A stretch of 64,000 nt of DNA from Pseudomonas aeruginosa PAO1 (GCF_000006765.1 NC_002516.2), one strand, 5' to 3'. Positions 48,451 to 59,327 are shown, counted from the first letter of the stretch. The notes: a model not told the origin generated them from the letters alone. Made by a program: numbers and translations.

Positions 48451-49641
48451 ATGATGCGCGCATCCATCGTACTTTGCGTCTTCTCCCTGGCGCTGCCGGC
48501 ATCTTCGCCGGGCTGGGCCTCCGGCGGGCGCTACCTGACTTGGGTGGACGACAATGGCGGGGTGCACAACACCTTCGTCGACGGCCAGTTCGACCGCCAG
48601 CAGCGCCAGGCGCGGCAGCGCATCGGCCAGAGCGACCAGGCGCGGGTGCTGAACAAGGCGGACAACGCCACGCAGTGGCCGGGGAACAGCAGCGGAGGGG
48701 AGAGCAAGCGTCGCTACTACACCTGGATCGATGCCAACGGCAACGTGCAGAACAGCTTCTATGCCGGCGCCCAGGTCGCCGGCCAGCGCGCCGACTACGT
48801 CCTGCCCAACGGCGAGCACTCCGCCGAATACATCGATGCCGAGGCCTTCGAGGGCAAGGGTTTCGTTCGCAGCGAGAACGGCAGTCCCTACTACACCTGG
48901 GTGGACGAGAAGGGCCGCATGCACAACTCGCAGATCCCGCCCGAGGAGCGCGCGGCGCGCTTCAAGCGGGAGGCCGCACCTTCGTCGCAGATCGCCTTCA
49001 CCGAGGGCCGGCAGATCGAGTTCAAGCAGCGTCCGGCGGCGTTGCCCGGCCTGGATGGCGCCGGCCAGCAGAGCGATGCGCTGAAGGCTTTGCTCAAGGG
49101 CACCGAGATGACCATCGACGATCTCTACCAGGACCTGCAACGGCGCTGCTGCGAGCAGATCGCCGAGAGCGACTTCACCGAACTGGATGCCGACGAACCG
49201 CGCTACGAGGAGTTGAACCGCTTCTCGCCGAGCTTCGACTTTCCCATGGGCAGGAGCTTCTACGCGGCGATCCGGCTGCCGCGCTCCCAGGGTGTCTACG
49301 GCCTGCGCATCCGCAGTTTCGCCAACCGCCAGGTGGTCTACCCGTCGCTGCTGTTCCTCGACGAGCACAAGCGGCCGACCCGGCTGGTCAGCGACGCGGT
49401 GTACAAGCTGAACCCGGAAACCTGGTATCGCTACGCTTTCATCGAGGGTACGGTGCCGGTGCGAGCCAATCGCGGCGAGCGCTACGTGCTGCTGCTGACC
49501 ACCGACGAGGACCGCTCGCTGCAAACCCTCGACAACAAGCCGTTCAAGCGTCCGCTGCAGGACCTGGCGGTGAACGAGGCGGGTATGCAGGTGCATGAGC
49601 ACGCCCGGCAGGGCGGCTTCGAGCTGGCCGTGGTGCGTTGA
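48451..49641 (+). CDS. Exported protein with three YxTW[VI]DxxG repeats and a MalM/FilE-like C-domain
   Basis: Signal peptide; repeats at 48529, 48712 and 48886; C-terminal YGLRIRSF...VYPSLLFLDE. Confidence 0.65.
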   Translation: MMRASIVLCVFSLALPASSPGWASGGRYLTWVDDNGGVHNTFVDGQFDRQQRQARQRIGQSDQARVLNKADNATQWPGNSSGGESKRRYYTWIDANGNVQNSFYAGAQVAGQRADYVLPNGEHSAEYIDAEAFEGKGFVRSENGSPYYTWVDEKGRMHNSQIPPEERAARFKREAAPSSQIAFTEGRQIEFKQRPAALPGLDGAGQQSDALKALLKGTEMTIDDLYQDLQRRCCEQIAESDFTELDADEPRYEELNRFSPSFDFPMGRSFYAAIRLPRSQGVYGLRIRSFANRQVVYPSLLFLDEHKRPTRLVSDAVYKLNPETWYRYAFIEGTVPVRANRGERYVLLLTTDEDRSLQTLDNKPFKRPLQDLAVNEAGMQVHEHARQGGFELAVVR

Positions 49642-49652
49642 AATCCGAGACA

Positions 49653-49684
49653 TGAAAAAGCCCGGCCGGAGCCGGGCTTCTTCA
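49653..49684. terminator. Bidirectional terminator AAAAAGCCCGGC-CGGA-GCCGGGCTTCTT
   Basis: Stem between convergent operons. Confidence 0.85.
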
Positions 49685-49697
49685 TACCGGAAGCACG

Positions 49698-50681
49698 TCA
49701 GCCCTGGTGCTGCTGGACGTGGCCGAACAGCTGCTGGGAGAAGCGTACGCGCTCTTCCGCGGACTCTTCGATGCCTTTCGCCTTGAGTTCTTCCAGTCGC
49801 GCCTCGACGGCGTGGCAGCGGTGCACCAGGCCGCTGTCGTTGGCGATCTGGATGTTCAGGCCCGGGCGGGCGTTGAGTTCGAGGATCAGCGGGCCTTTCT
49901 CCTGGTCGAGAACCATGTCCACGCCGATGTAGCCGAGGCCCGACAACTCGTAGCAACCGGCCGCCAGCTTCATGAAGCCGTCCCAGTTCGGCAGTTGCAC
50001 GCCGTCCACCGCGTTGGTGGTGTCCGGGTGCTTGGCGATCTTGTTGTTCAGCCAGGTGCCGCGCAGGGTGACACCGGTGGCCAGGTCGACGCCCACGCCG
50101 ATGGCGCCCTGGTGCAGGTTGGCCTTGCCGCCCGACTGCCGGGTCGGCAGGCGCAGCATGGCCATCACCGGGTAGCCCATCAGTACGATGATGCGGATGT
50201 CCGGCACACCTTCGTAGCTGATGCTCTTGAAGATCTGGTCGGGGGTCACCCGGTACTCGATCAGTACGCGGTCGCGATGGCCGCCGAGGGAGTAGAGGCC
50301 GGAGAGGATGCTCGAGATGTGGTGCTCGATCTCCTCGTGGCTGACGATCTTCCCCGACACGGTCTTGTAGCGGCCCTCGAAGCGGTCGGCGATCACCATG
50401 ATGCCGTCGCCGCCGGCGCCCTGCGCCGGCTTGATGACGAAATCGTTGTGCTCGCCGATGATCTCGTTGAGCTTGTCGATGCCTTTCTCGGTCTCGATGA
50501 TGCCGTACATCTCCGGCACGTGGATGCCGGCCTCGAGCGCGCGTTCCTTGGTGATGATCTTGTCGTCCACCACCGGATACAGGTGCCGCTTGTTGTACTT
50601 CAGGACGTAATCGGCATTGCGTCGGTTGATGCCCATCACGCCTTTCGCGGTCAGGTCTTTCCAGGTCTTCCAGATCGACAT
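49698..50681 (-). CDS. RimK-related alpha-L-glutamate ligase-like ATP-grasp protein
   Basis: VIKPAQGAGGDGI, KANLHQG, GYIGVD, LELNARPG. Confidence 0.85.
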   Translation of the reverse strand: MSIWKTWKDLTAKGVMGINRRNADYVLKYNKRHLYPVVDDKIITKERALEAGIHVPEMYGIIETEKGIDKLNEIIGEHNDFVIKPAQGAGGDGIMVIADRFEGRYKTVSGKIVSHEEIEHHISSILSGLYSLGGHRDRVLIEYRVTPDQIFKSISYEGVPDIRIIVLMGYPVMAMLRLPTRQSGGKANLHQGAIGVGVDLATGVTLRGTWLNNKIAKHPDTTNAVDGVQLPNWDGFMKLAAGCYELSGLGYIGVDMVLDQEKGPLILELNARPGLNIQIANDSGLVHRCHAVEARLEELKAKGIEESAEERVRFSQQLFGHVQQHQG

Positions 50682-50684
50682 GGT

Positions 50685-52211
50685 TCAGTCCTTGAGCAGG
50701 GCCTTGAAGCGGAACAGCTCGGTCAGGCGGTAGCCGCGGTAGCGGCCCATGGCGAGCATGAAGGCGACCAGGATCAGCAGCACGGCCGGGAAGGTGAAGA
50801 TGAAGTACACCAGTTCCGGGATGCGCATGAGGATGTGCGCCAGCGATGCCGCGAACAGGGTGCCGATGGCCACCTTCATCGCATGGCCGCCGCCGCGCTC
50901 TTCCCAGGTGATCGACAGGCGTTCGATGGTCATGGTCAGGATCACCATCGGGAACAGGGCGATCGACAGGCCGCTCTCGAAGCCGAGCTTGTGGCTGAAC
51001 AGGCTGATCACCGCGATCATCACCACCACGAAGGTCAGCACCACCGAGAGGCGCGGCAGCATCTGCAGCTTCAGGTGCTCGAGATAGGAGCGCAGCGACA
51101 GGCCCAGGGCGGTGATCACGGTGAACAGGGCGATACCCCATTGCAGGCCGGTCTCGCGGAAGGCCAGGGCGATCAGAACCGGGGTGAAGGTGCCAAGGGT
51201 CTGCAGGCCGATCAGGTTGCGCAGGATCAGGATCACCAGCACGCCGATCGGGATCATGATCATGATCTGGAAGGTCTGCTGGGTGGACAGCGGCAGGCCG
51301 TACAGGGAGTACTCGAGGAAGGCCGCCTCGGTGTTCTCGTCGGACAGCTTGGCCAGGCGGATGGCGTTCATCTCGCTGCTGTTCAGGCTGAAGCTGACCT
51401 GGGCCTTCTTGCCGCCGTCGATGGTCATCAGCGGCTCATCGCCAAGCCACCAGATCAGGCGATCGGAGGGCAGGCCCTGTTCGCCGGTGACCACGTTGAA
51501 ATACAGCCAGTTCTCGCCGTTGAAGCTGCGCAGCCACAGTTCCGGGCTCTGTTGCAGGTCGGCGACCAGGCGGATGGTATGGACCCGCTCCATCGGCACG
51601 TGGGCGATGGACAGCAGGGTTTCGACGATATGCGCTTTCTTTTCCAGGCTGGTGTCGCCGGCCATCAGCAGCTTGACGTTGTCGTCGTTGCCGTTGTTGG
51701 CGCGCTTGATGGCTTCGCTGACGAAGGTCTCGACGTCGGCCGAGTGCTGGCGAATGGGGGCCAGCAGGGCTTCTGCGGCGATCTTCTCCGGGCCTTCCAG
51801 GGGCAGGCTGTCGCGGAAGATCGGGCCTTTCTCCTTGGTCTTCTCGCCGGTGTAGCGCTTGGTCAGCACCAGGCGGTAATACAGGGTCTGCTTGCCGTTG
51901 GCGCGGCGGGCGGACCAGGTCACCTTGCGATTGCCGTCGGCGCGATTGATGCTGACGCCGTAATTGTTGGAGACGAAGCTTTCGTTGAGGCTGACGTAGT
52001 CCTGGCTCAACGGCGGAACGAACATCTGCACCTTGACCGGGGTTTTCGGCGTGGCGACGAAGTCGACCTTGGCATCGATGTTCCAGAGGTCATCGGTTTC
52101 GGCTTCGGTAACGGGAATACCCTGGACGAAAATCTGATAGGCGGTGATCGCCACACCCAGGGTCAGCAGGATGGCGATCAGGACTTTCAGATGCAGGTTG
52201 AGAGAGCGCAT
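50685..52211 (-). CDS. Inactive transglutaminase fused to a 7TM domain
   Basis: N-terminal TM, periplasmic domain, seven C-terminal TM segments (GTFTPVLIALAF, LFPMVILTMTIER). Confidence 0.82.
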   Translation of the reverse strand: MRSLNLHLKVLIAILLTLGVAITAYQIFVQGIPVTEAETDDLWNIDAKVDFVATPKTPVKVQMFVPPLSQDYVSLNESFVSNNYGVSINRADGNRKVTWSARRANGKQTLYYRLVLTKRYTGEKTKEKGPIFRDSLPLEGPEKIAAEALLAPIRQHSADVETFVSEAIKRANNGNDDNVKLLMAGDTSLEKKAHIVETLLSIAHVPMERVHTIRLVADLQQSPELWLRSFNGENWLYFNVVTGEQGLPSDRLIWWLGDEPLMTIDGGKKAQVSFSLNSSEMNAIRLAKLSDENTEAAFLEYSLYGLPLSTQQTFQIMIMIPIGVLVILILRNLIGLQTLGTFTPVLIALAFRETGLQWGIALFTVITALGLSLRSYLEHLKLQMLPRLSVVLTFVVVMIAVISLFSHKLGFESGLSIALFPMVILTMTIERLSITWEERGGGHAMKVAIGTLFAASLAHILMRIPELVYFIFTFPAVLLILVAFMLAMGRYRGYRLTELFRFKALLKD

Positions 52212-52216
52212 GTCGT

Positions 52217-52756
52217 TTACTCAGCAGGTTTTGCATCAGGTTTGCAGCCGGGTTTCCCGGCCGAGTATTTCAAACTCGGATCGACCAGTGCGTCGAATTT
52301 CTTCAAGGCCTCCGAGCCGATCAAAAGCGGGTATTGGAATGCACTTCGGTCGGTCAGGTTCACTTCGATGGTGCGAATCGCCTTGCCCATGCAGACCTGC
52401 AGCTCGATCACCGGACGGGCGGTATAGGCCTTGCCCTCGTCGGGGTTGAAGTCGCCGTGGCGGCGCTTGATCTTGCTGATCCGCGCCAGGGGCTTCTCGA
52501 TCGGGGTGTCGTCGGCGTTGTCGGTGGCCAGGTAGAAGCGCACCCAGGTTTCGCCGTCGCGCTTGAAACGCTTGATGTCGCGGGCGCTGAGGGAGGCGGT
52601 CTTGGCGCCGGTGTCGAGCTTGGCGGCCAGCTGGATGTCCGGGTCGTTGATGCGCGCGTATTCGTTCAGGCCGTAGACCGTCTTTTCGGCGGCTACGCTC
52701 AGGCCTGGTACGGCGATGAATAGGCAGAGCAGGGGAGCTAAGGGCTTGAGTTTCAT
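52217..52756 (-). CDS. Exported RimB-like retropepsin (so-called ATP-dependent zinc protease family), 179 aa
   Basis: Signal peptide, AKLDTGAKTASL, RPVI, EVNLTDR...LIG. Confidence 0.85.
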   Translation of the reverse strand: MKLKPLAPLLCLFIAVPGLSVAAEKTVYGLNEYARINDPDIQLAAKLDTGAKTASLSARDIKRFKRDGETWVRFYLATDNADDTPIEKPLARISKIKRRHGDFNPDEGKAYTARPVIELQVCMGKAIRTIEVNLTDRSAFQYPLLIGSEALKKFDALVDPSLKYSAGKPGCKPDAKPAE

Positions 52757-53046
52757 AAGTCCTGGTTGGTGTCGCGTTCGGCGGGTCGATCTTGCGATCG
52801 CTGTCCAGTCCGTGACGGAAAACCCTGCGTCATCGACCTGCGCTCGGCAGGCCGGGCATGCCGGGCGCCCCGCCAGGCGCATGCGGGCCGCATTCTATCA
52901 CGCGGTTTTTCGGCAGCGACAGCCGCTTATACCACTTGGTCGGGGTTTTGCCCCTGGGATGAAACGAAATTCCATCCAGGGGCTCGAAGCGTTACCGGAA
53001 GCGGGCAAGGGACCTTGGCGGTGCCGAGCCGCTGGCCCCGGAGCGG

Positions 53047-53865
53047 TTATTTGAAGCGCCGTTCCACGCCTTTTTCGACGAGGATCTTTGCGGAAATCTC
53101 CTCCACCGAGAAATGCGTGGAGTTGATGTAGGCGATGTTTTCGCGGCGGAACAGGCTTTCGACCTCGCGTACCTCGAATTCGCACTGGGCGAAGCTGGCG
53201 TAGCGACTGTTGGGCTTGCGCTCGTTGCGAATCGCGGTGAGGCGATCGGGGTCGATGGTCAGGCCGAACAGCTTGTGCTTGTACTGCTTGAGGGCGTTCG
53301 GCAGTTGCAGGCGCTCCATGTCCTCTTCCGTCAACGGGTAGTTGGCGGCGCGGATGCCATACTGCAGGGCCATGTACAGGCAGGTGGGCGTCTTGCCGCA
53401 GCGCGAGACGCCGACCAGGATCAGGTCGGCCTTGTCGTAGTAGTGGGTGCGGGCGCCGTCGTCGTTGTCGAGGGCGAAGTTCACCGCCTCGATGCGATCC
53501 ATGTAGTTGGAGTTGTGGCCGATGGAGTGGGACTTGCCGACCGAATAGGACGAGTCGGCCGAAAGCTCCTGTTCCAGAGGCGAAAGAAAGGTGGCGAAGA
53601 TATCGATCATGAAACCGTTGGATTGCGCCAGGACCGCCCGGATGTCGCGGTTCACGATGGTATCGAAGATGATCGGGCGGGCCCCGTCCGACTCGGCAGC
53701 ATTATTGATTTGCTGTACCATGGCGCGCGCTTTTTCTTCGGTATCGATGTACGGTCTCGTCAGTTTGACGAAGCTGATGTTCTCGAACTGTGCCAGAAGG
53801 CTTTGGCCCAGGGTTTCGGCGGTGATACCGGTGCCGTCCGAGATGAAGAATGCGGTTCGTTTCAT
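53047..53865 (-). CDS. ppsR: PEP synthase regulatory kinase/pyrophosphorylase (alternative GTG start 53871)
   Basis: [27 protein letters not shown]; divergent from ppsA. Confidence 0.92.
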   Translation of the reverse strand: MKRTAFFISDGTGITAETLGQSLLAQFENISFVKLTRPYIDTEEKARAMVQQINNAAESDGARPIIFDTIVNRDIRAVLAQSNGFMIDIFATFLSPLEQELSADSSYSVGKSHSIGHNSNYMDRIEAVNFALDNDDGARTHYYDKADLILVGVSRCGKTPTCLYMALQYGIRAANYPLTEEDMERLQLPNALKQYKHKLFGLTIDPDRLTAIRNERKPNSRYASFAQCEFEVREVESLFRRENIAYINSTHFSVEEISAKILVEKGVERRFK

Positions 53866-54036
53866 TTGCACCGAAAGCCTTAAGGTAGGAACGATTCTTG
53901 GCTATGATAGGCCGCGCGTTGTCAGAGGCCTTTCTGTCGCAGCATTGTCACTTATTTCTAAGGGCCAGGCCAGAATCCAGCGGAGCTGCTCCTGGCCCCG
54001 CTTGAGCTTTTCCAATTCAATAGTGGAGAGATCACC

Positions 54037-56412
54037 TTGGTAGAGTACGTAGTTTCCCTCGATAAGCTCGGCGTCCATGATGTAGAGCATGTGGGGGGCA
54101 AGAACGCATCCCTCGGCGAGATGATCAGCAACCTGGCCGGTGCCGGCGTTTCCGTACCCGGCGGATTTGCCACAACCGCCCAGGCCTACCGTGACTTCCT
54201 CGAGCAGAGTGGCCTCAACGACCGTATCCACGCGGCCCTGGACGCCCTGGACGTCGACGACGTCAACGCCCTGGCCAAGACCGGCGCGCAGATCCGCCAG
54301 TGGGTGATGGAAGCCGAGTTCCCGGCCCGTCTCGACAGCGAGATCCGCCAGGCCTTCGCCGCCCTGGCCAACGGCAACGACAACCTCGCCGTGGCAGTGC
54401 GTTCCTCCGCTACCGCCGAAGACCTTCCGGACGCCTCGTTCGCCGGCCAGCAGGAAACCTTCCTCAATATCCGCGGCGTGGACAATGTGATCCGCGCAGC
54501 AAAAGAGGTCTTCGCCTCCCTGTTCAACGACCGCGCCATCGCCTACCGCGTGCACCAGGGCTTCGACCACAAGCTGGTCGCCTTGTCCGCCGGCGTGCAG
54601 CGCATGGTCCGCTCGGAAACCGGCACCGCCGGGGTGATGTTCACCCTGGACACCGAATCCGGCTTCCGCGACGTGGTCTTCATCACTGGTGCCTACGGCC
54701 TGGGCGAGACCGTGGTCCAGGGCGCGGTGAACCCCGACGAGTTCTACGTCCACAAGCCGACCCTGGAAGCCGGGCGTCCGGCCATCCTGCGCCGCAACCT
54801 GGGTAGCAAGGCGATCAAGATGATCTACGGCGACGAAGCCAAGGCCGGTCGCTCGGTCAAGGTAGTGGACGTCGATCGCGCCGATCGCGCCCGCTTCGCC
54901 CTGAGCGACGCCGAGGTCACCGAGCTGGCCAAGCAGGCCATGATCATCGAGAAGCACTATGGCCGCCCGATGGACATCGAATGGGCCAAGGACGGTGACG
55001 ACGGCAAGCTGTACATCGTCCAGGCACGCCCGGAAACCGTGAAGAGCCGCGCCAGCGCCACGGTCATGGAGCGCTACCTGCTGAAAGAGAAGGGGACCGT
55101 CCTGGTGGAAGGACGTGCCATCGGCCAGCGCATCGGTGCCGGTCCGGTCAAGGTGATCAACGACGTGTCGGAAATGGACAAGGTCCAACCGGGTGACGTC
55201 CTGGTCTCCGACATGACCGACCCGGACTGGGAGCCGGTGATGAAGCGCGCCAGCGCCATCGTCACCAACCGCGGCGGGCGCACCTGCCACGCGGCGATCA
55301 TCGCTCGCGAACTGGGCATCCCGGCGGTGGTCGGTTGCGGCAATGCCACCCAGATCCTGCAGGATGGCCAGGGGGTGACCGTTTCCTGTGCCGAAGGCGA
55401 TACCGGCTTCATCTTCGAAGGCGAACTCGGTTTCGATGTGCGCAAGAACTCGGTCGACGCCATGCCCGACCTTCCGTTCAAGATCATGATGAACGTCGGC
55501 AATCCCGATCGCGCTTTCGATTTCGCCCAGTTGCCGAACGAAGGCGTGGGCCTGGCCCGCCTCGAATTCATCATCAACCGCATGATCGGCGTGCACCCCA
55601 AGGCGTTGCTGAACTTCGCCGGCCTGCCGGCGGACATCAAGGAAAGCGTGGAGAAGCGCATCGCCGGCTATCCCGATCCGGTCGGCTTCTACGTCGAGAA
55701 GCTGGTGGAGGGCATCAGCACCCTGGCCGCGGCGTTCTGGCCGAAGAAGGTCATCGTGCGCCTGTCCGACTTCAAGTCCAATGAGTACGCCAACCTGATC
55801 GGCGGCAAGCTCTACGAGCCGGAAGAAGAGAACCCGATGCTCGGCTTCCGTGGCGCCTCGCGCTACATCAGCGAGTCGTTCCGCGACTGCTTCGAGCTGG
55901 AGTGTCGTGCGCTGAAGAAGGTCCGCAACGAAATGGGCCTGACCAACGTCGAGATCATGGTGCCCTTCGTGCGCACCCTGGGCGAGGCGAGCCAGGTGGT
56001 CGAGCTGCTGGCCGGGAACGGCCTGAAGCGCGGCGAGAACGGACTGAAGGTCATCATGATGTGCGAACTGCCGTCGAACGCCCTGCTGGCCGACGAGTTC
56101 CTCGAGTTCTTCGATGGCTTCTCCATCGGTTCCAACGACCTGACCCAGCTGACCCTGGGCCTGGATCGCGATTCCGGCATCGTTGCCCACCTGTTCGACG
56201 AGCGCAATCCGGCGGTGAAGAAGCTGCTGGCCAACGCCATCGCTGCCTGCAACAAGGCCGGCAAGTACATCGGCATCTGCGGCCAGGGTCCGTCGGACCA
56301 CCCGGACCTGGCCCGCTGGCTGATGGAGCAGGGCATCGAGAGCGTCTCGTTGAACCCCGACTCGGTGCTGGATACCTGGTTCTTCCTCGCCGAGGGGCAA
56401 GACCAGGCCTGA
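54037..56412 (+). CDS. ppsA: Phosphoenolpyruvate synthase
   Basis: [29 protein letters not shown] phospho-His, FSIGSNDL; TTG start. Confidence 0.97.
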   Translation: MVEYVVSLDKLGVHDVEHVGGKNASLGEMISNLAGAGVSVPGGFATTAQAYRDFLEQSGLNDRIHAALDALDVDDVNALAKTGAQIRQWVMEAEFPARLDSEIRQAFAALANGNDNLAVAVRSSATAEDLPDASFAGQQETFLNIRGVDNVIRAAKEVFASLFNDRAIAYRVHQGFDHKLVALSAGVQRMVRSETGTAGVMFTLDTESGFRDVVFITGAYGLGETVVQGAVNPDEFYVHKPTLEAGRPAILRRNLGSKAIKMIYGDEAKAGRSVKVVDVDRADRARFALSDAEVTELAKQAMIIEKHYGRPMDIEWAKDGDDGKLYIVQARPETVKSRASATVMERYLLKEKGTVLVEGRAIGQRIGAGPVKVINDVSEMDKVQPGDVLVSDMTDPDWEPVMKRASAIVTNRGGRTCHAAIIARELGIPAVVGCGNATQILQDGQGVTVSCAEGDTGFIFEGELGFDVRKNSVDAMPDLPFKIMMNVGNPDRAFDFAQLPNEGVGLARLEFIINRMIGVHPKALLNFAGLPADIKESVEKRIAGYPDPVGFYVEKLVEGISTLAAAFWPKKVIVRLSDFKSNEYANLIGGKLYEPEEENPMLGFRGASRYISESFRDCFELECRALKKVRNEMGLTNVEIMVPFVRTLGEASQVVELLAGNGLKRGENGLKVIMMCELPSNALLADEFLEFFDGFSIGSNDLTQLTLGLDRDSGIVAHLFDERNPAVKKLLANAIAACNKAGKYIGICGQGPSDHPDLARWLMEQGIESVSLNPDSVLDTWFFLAEGQDQA

Positions 56413-56432
56413 TCGGTCCTCGCTGTATCCGG

Positions 56433-56458
56433 AAAGGGCGGGTAACACCGCCCTTTTT
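56433..56458 (+). terminator. Intrinsic terminator AAAGGGCGG-GTAACA-CCGCCCTTTTT
   Basis: Stem plus U-tail after ppsA. Confidence 0.85.
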
Positions 56459-56481
56459 CGTGCCTCCTGTACAAGACAAGC

Positions 56482-57492
56482 ATGCAAAGCAGTAGTCGCC
56501 TCTTTCCTGTCGCCCTGGTCAGCGCCGAATTGCGCGCCGACCTTACCGAAGACATCTACCGCCTGAAGCCCGGCAACAGCCCCGATGCCAGCGTCGAGCT
56601 GGTCGTAACCCGGCTCGGACAGCAGGCCGCCGGCGAGCGGCGCGGACCGCCTGTGATCCTCCTGCACGGGAGTTTTTCCAACCGCCGCTTCTGGTACTCG
56701 CCGCGTGCGCTCGGATTAGGTCCTTACCTGGCGCGGGCGGGGTTCGATGTCTGGCTGCCGGAAATGCGCGGCCATGGCCTGTCGATTCGCAACGATGGTT
56801 ACCGGGACAACCGGGTCGCCGACTACGCGCGCTACGACCTGCCGGCGCTGGCCTCCTTCATCCACGAGCAGTGCGGGCAGCCGGCGCACTGGATTGGCCA
56901 CTCCCTCGGTGGGGTGGTGCTGGCGGCGGGGCTGGGCGGGGGCTATCTGGACCAGGCACGGATCGCTTCCGTGGCGTTGTTCGGTAGCCAGGTCAGCACC
57001 GCGCACTGGCTGTTCAGGTTGCCCATGGCAGGCATCCTCGCGCGCCTGCTGCTGCGCCGCGTCGACGCGCTATCCGGAAGCCGTTGGCGGCAGGGCCCGG
57101 AAGACGAGCCGGTCGGCCTGGCGCTGGAGGTCCTGCGTTGGCATGGGCTGTTCGGCCGCTTCGGCGAGCCGGGCAACGACTGGTGGAAGGGGCTCGCCGC
57201 AGTCGACGTACCGCTATTGGCGGTCGCCGGGGCTGGGGACCGGCAGGACCCGTCCTGGGCCTGTCGCAAGTTGTTCGAGCAGTTCGCCTCGTCCGAGCGC
57301 GAATACCTGTTGCTCGGACACGAGGCTGGCTACGCCGAGGACTACGGGCATATCGAGATGCTGATCGGCAAGGCGGCCCAGCTAGAGGTCTGGCCCTTGG
57401 TGGAGCGCTGGCTGCGCCAGCGATCGCCGGCGGGCGACGAATCCGCGTGGAGCGAGGCGCTAGACGTATCGGAAGCCGGAATCAGCGGCTAA
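56482..57492 (+). CDS. estX: Alpha/beta hydrolase EstX
   Basis: LHGSF, GHSLG nucleophile elbow, DYGH; synteny with PA1771. Confidence 0.8.
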   Translation: MQSSSRLFPVALVSAELRADLTEDIYRLKPGNSPDASVELVVTRLGQQAAGERRGPPVILLHGSFSNRRFWYSPRALGLGPYLARAGFDVWLPEMRGHGLSIRNDGYRDNRVADYARYDLPALASFIHEQCGQPAHWIGHSLGGVVLAAGLGGGYLDQARIASVALFGSQVSTAHWLFRLPMAGILARLLLRRVDALSGSRWRQGPEDEPVGLALEVLRWHGLFGRFGEPGNDWWKGLAAVDVPLLAVAGAGDRQDPSWACRKLFEQFASSEREYLLLGHEAGYAEDYGHIEMLIGKAAQLEVWPLVERWLRQRSPAGDESAWSEALDVSEAGISG

Positions 57493-57598
57493 CATGTGAC
57501 GCAAATGGCGGCTCCGGTCACGCCGGCGCCGCCGGGGCGGGCGGCCGATGTTCCTCCGGAGCTGCCCGAGCCGATCCCTTCACCCACAGGAGCTTCCC

Positions 57599-58087
57599 AT
57601 GCATTACGTCACTCCCGATCTGTGCGATGCCTATCCTGAGCTGGTCCAGGTCGTCGAACCCATGTTCAGCAACTTCGGCGGCCGCGACTCCTTCGGCGGC
57701 GAGATCGTCACCATCAAGTGCTTCGAAGACAACTCGTTGGTCAAGGAGCAGGTCGACAAGGACGGCAAGGGCAAGGTCCTGGTCGTCGATGGCGGTGGTT
57801 CGCTGCGCCGCGCCCTGCTGGGCGACATGCTGGCCGAGAAAGCGGCGAAGAACGGCTGGGAAGGGATCGTCGTGTATGGCTGCATCCGTGACGTCGACGT
57901 GATCGCCCAGACCGACCTTGGCGTCCAGGCCCTGGCCAGTCATCCGCTGAAGACCGACAAGCGCGGCATCGGCGATCTGAACGTCGCCGTGACCTTCGGC
58001 GGCGTCACCTTCCGCCCCGGCGAGTTCGTGTATGCCGACAACAACGGCATCATCGTTTCTCCGCAGGCCTTGAAGATGCCCGAATAG
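57599..58087 (+). CDS. rraA: RraA/MenG family protein, 162 aa
   Basis: [34 protein letters not shown]. Confidence 0.92.
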   Translation: MHYVTPDLCDAYPELVQVVEPMFSNFGGRDSFGGEIVTIKCFEDNSLVKEQVDKDGKGKVLVVDGGGSLRRALLGDMLAEKAAKNGWEGIVVYGCIRDVDVIAQTDLGVQALASHPLKTDKRGIGDLNVAVTFGGVTFRPGEFVYADNNGIIVSPQALKMPE

Positions 58088-58274
58088 GGCTTTTTAACAG
58101 CCGTTCCGGCCCCGGTGACGCAGGCAGCGTCCCGGGGCTTTTTGCTGGAATGAACCCGGGGTGCGCATACGGGTCTCAGGACTGGCTTTAAGGTTGTGCC
58201 GCAAGTCCATGAATTGACTGGTACCGGACTTGTGTTTTTACTGTCGAAATGGTCGTTTTACCAAGGGAAGCGCA

Positions 58275-59273
58275 ATGCAAGCGTACGAGTCGGGTGACGA
58301 GCGCGGCCTGATCTATGGCTACGTCCTCAACGGGCGCGGCGGCGGACGCCGTGTCGGACGCAACCAGATAGCGGTGCTCGACCTGCTGCCGGAGGAAAGT
58401 CTTTGGCTGCACTGGGACCGCGGCGTACCGGAGGCACAGGCCTGGCTGCGGGATTCCGCGGGGCTCAGCGAGTTCGCCTGCGATCTGCTGCTGGAGGAGG
58501 CGACCCGCCCCCGTTTGCTCGATCTCGGGGCCGAAAGCCTGCTGGTGTTCCTCCGTGGAGTGAACCTGAATCCGGGCGCGGAGCCGGAAGACATGGTTTC
58601 GCTGCGGGTATTCGCCGACGCGCGCCGGGTGATCTCGCTGCGCCTGCGGCCGCTGAAGGCGGTGGCCGATCTGCTCGAGGACCTGGAGGCGGGGAAAGGG
58701 CCGAAGACAGCATCCGAGGTCGTGTACTACCTCGCGCACTACCTGACCGATCGCGTCGACACGCTGATCAGCGGGATAGCCGACCAGCTCGATGCTGTCG
58801 AGGAGCTGGTCGAGGCGGACGAGCGCGCCAGTCCCGACCAGCACCAGTTGCGTACCCTGCGCCGCCGGTCGGCGGGGTTGCGGCGCTACCTGGCGCCGCA
58901 GCGGGACATCTACTCGCAACTGGCGCGCTACAAGCTGTCCTGGTTCGTCGAGGACGACGCCGATTACTGGAACGAGCTGAACAACCGGCTGACGCGGAAT
59001 CTCGAAGAACTCGAGTTGATACGGGAGCGCATCAGCGTCCTGCAGGAAGCCGAGTCGCGGCGAATCACCGAACGGATGAACCGCACCATGTATCTCCTTG
59101 GTATAATCACCGGCTTTTTCCTGCCGATGAGCTTCGTCACCGGCCTGCTGGGAATCAATGTCGGCGGCATTCCAGGGGCGGATGCACCGCATGGGTTCTG
59201 GCTGGCCTGCCTGCTGATCGGCGGGGTCGCCACCTTCCAGTGGTGGGTATTTCGTCGGCTGCGCTGGCTCTGA
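58275..59273 (+). CDS. cmaX: CorA/ZntB-family cation channel CmaX, 332 aa
   Basis: TRPR, FLPMSFVTGLLGINVGG (GIN signature), two C-terminal TM segments. Confidence 0.92.
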   Translation: MQAYESGDERGLIYGYVLNGRGGGRRVGRNQIAVLDLLPEESLWLHWDRGVPEAQAWLRDSAGLSEFACDLLLEEATRPRLLDLGAESLLVFLRGVNLNPGAEPEDMVSLRVFADARRVISLRLRPLKAVADLLEDLEAGKGPKTASEVVYYLAHYLTDRVDTLISGIADQLDAVEELVEADERASPDQHQLRTLRRRSAGLRRYLAPQRDIYSQLARYKLSWFVEDDADYWNELNNRLTRNLEELELIRERISVLQEAESRRITERMNRTMYLLGIITGFFLPMSFVTGLLGINVGGIPGADAPHGFWLACLLIGGVATFQWWVFRRLRWL

Positions 59274-59327
59274 CGTGACCTGGAGTGAGGAGAGGGCGTC
59301 ACTCCCTCGTACAGACATGAGGTGCGC

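Noticed and set aside
49707-52427. 906-aa plus-strand ORF
   Set aside because: It is exactly antisense to real genes, is rich in H/Q/V/D and has no motifs, as expected for a high-GC shadow ORF.
53902-56667. 921-aa minus-strand ORF
   Set aside because: Antisense shadow of ppsA.
58192-58203. Shared RGTTGTGC motif upstream of cmaX and oprF as a SigX element
   Set aside because: Only two short instances with inconsistent upstream spacing; I cannot support a consensus.
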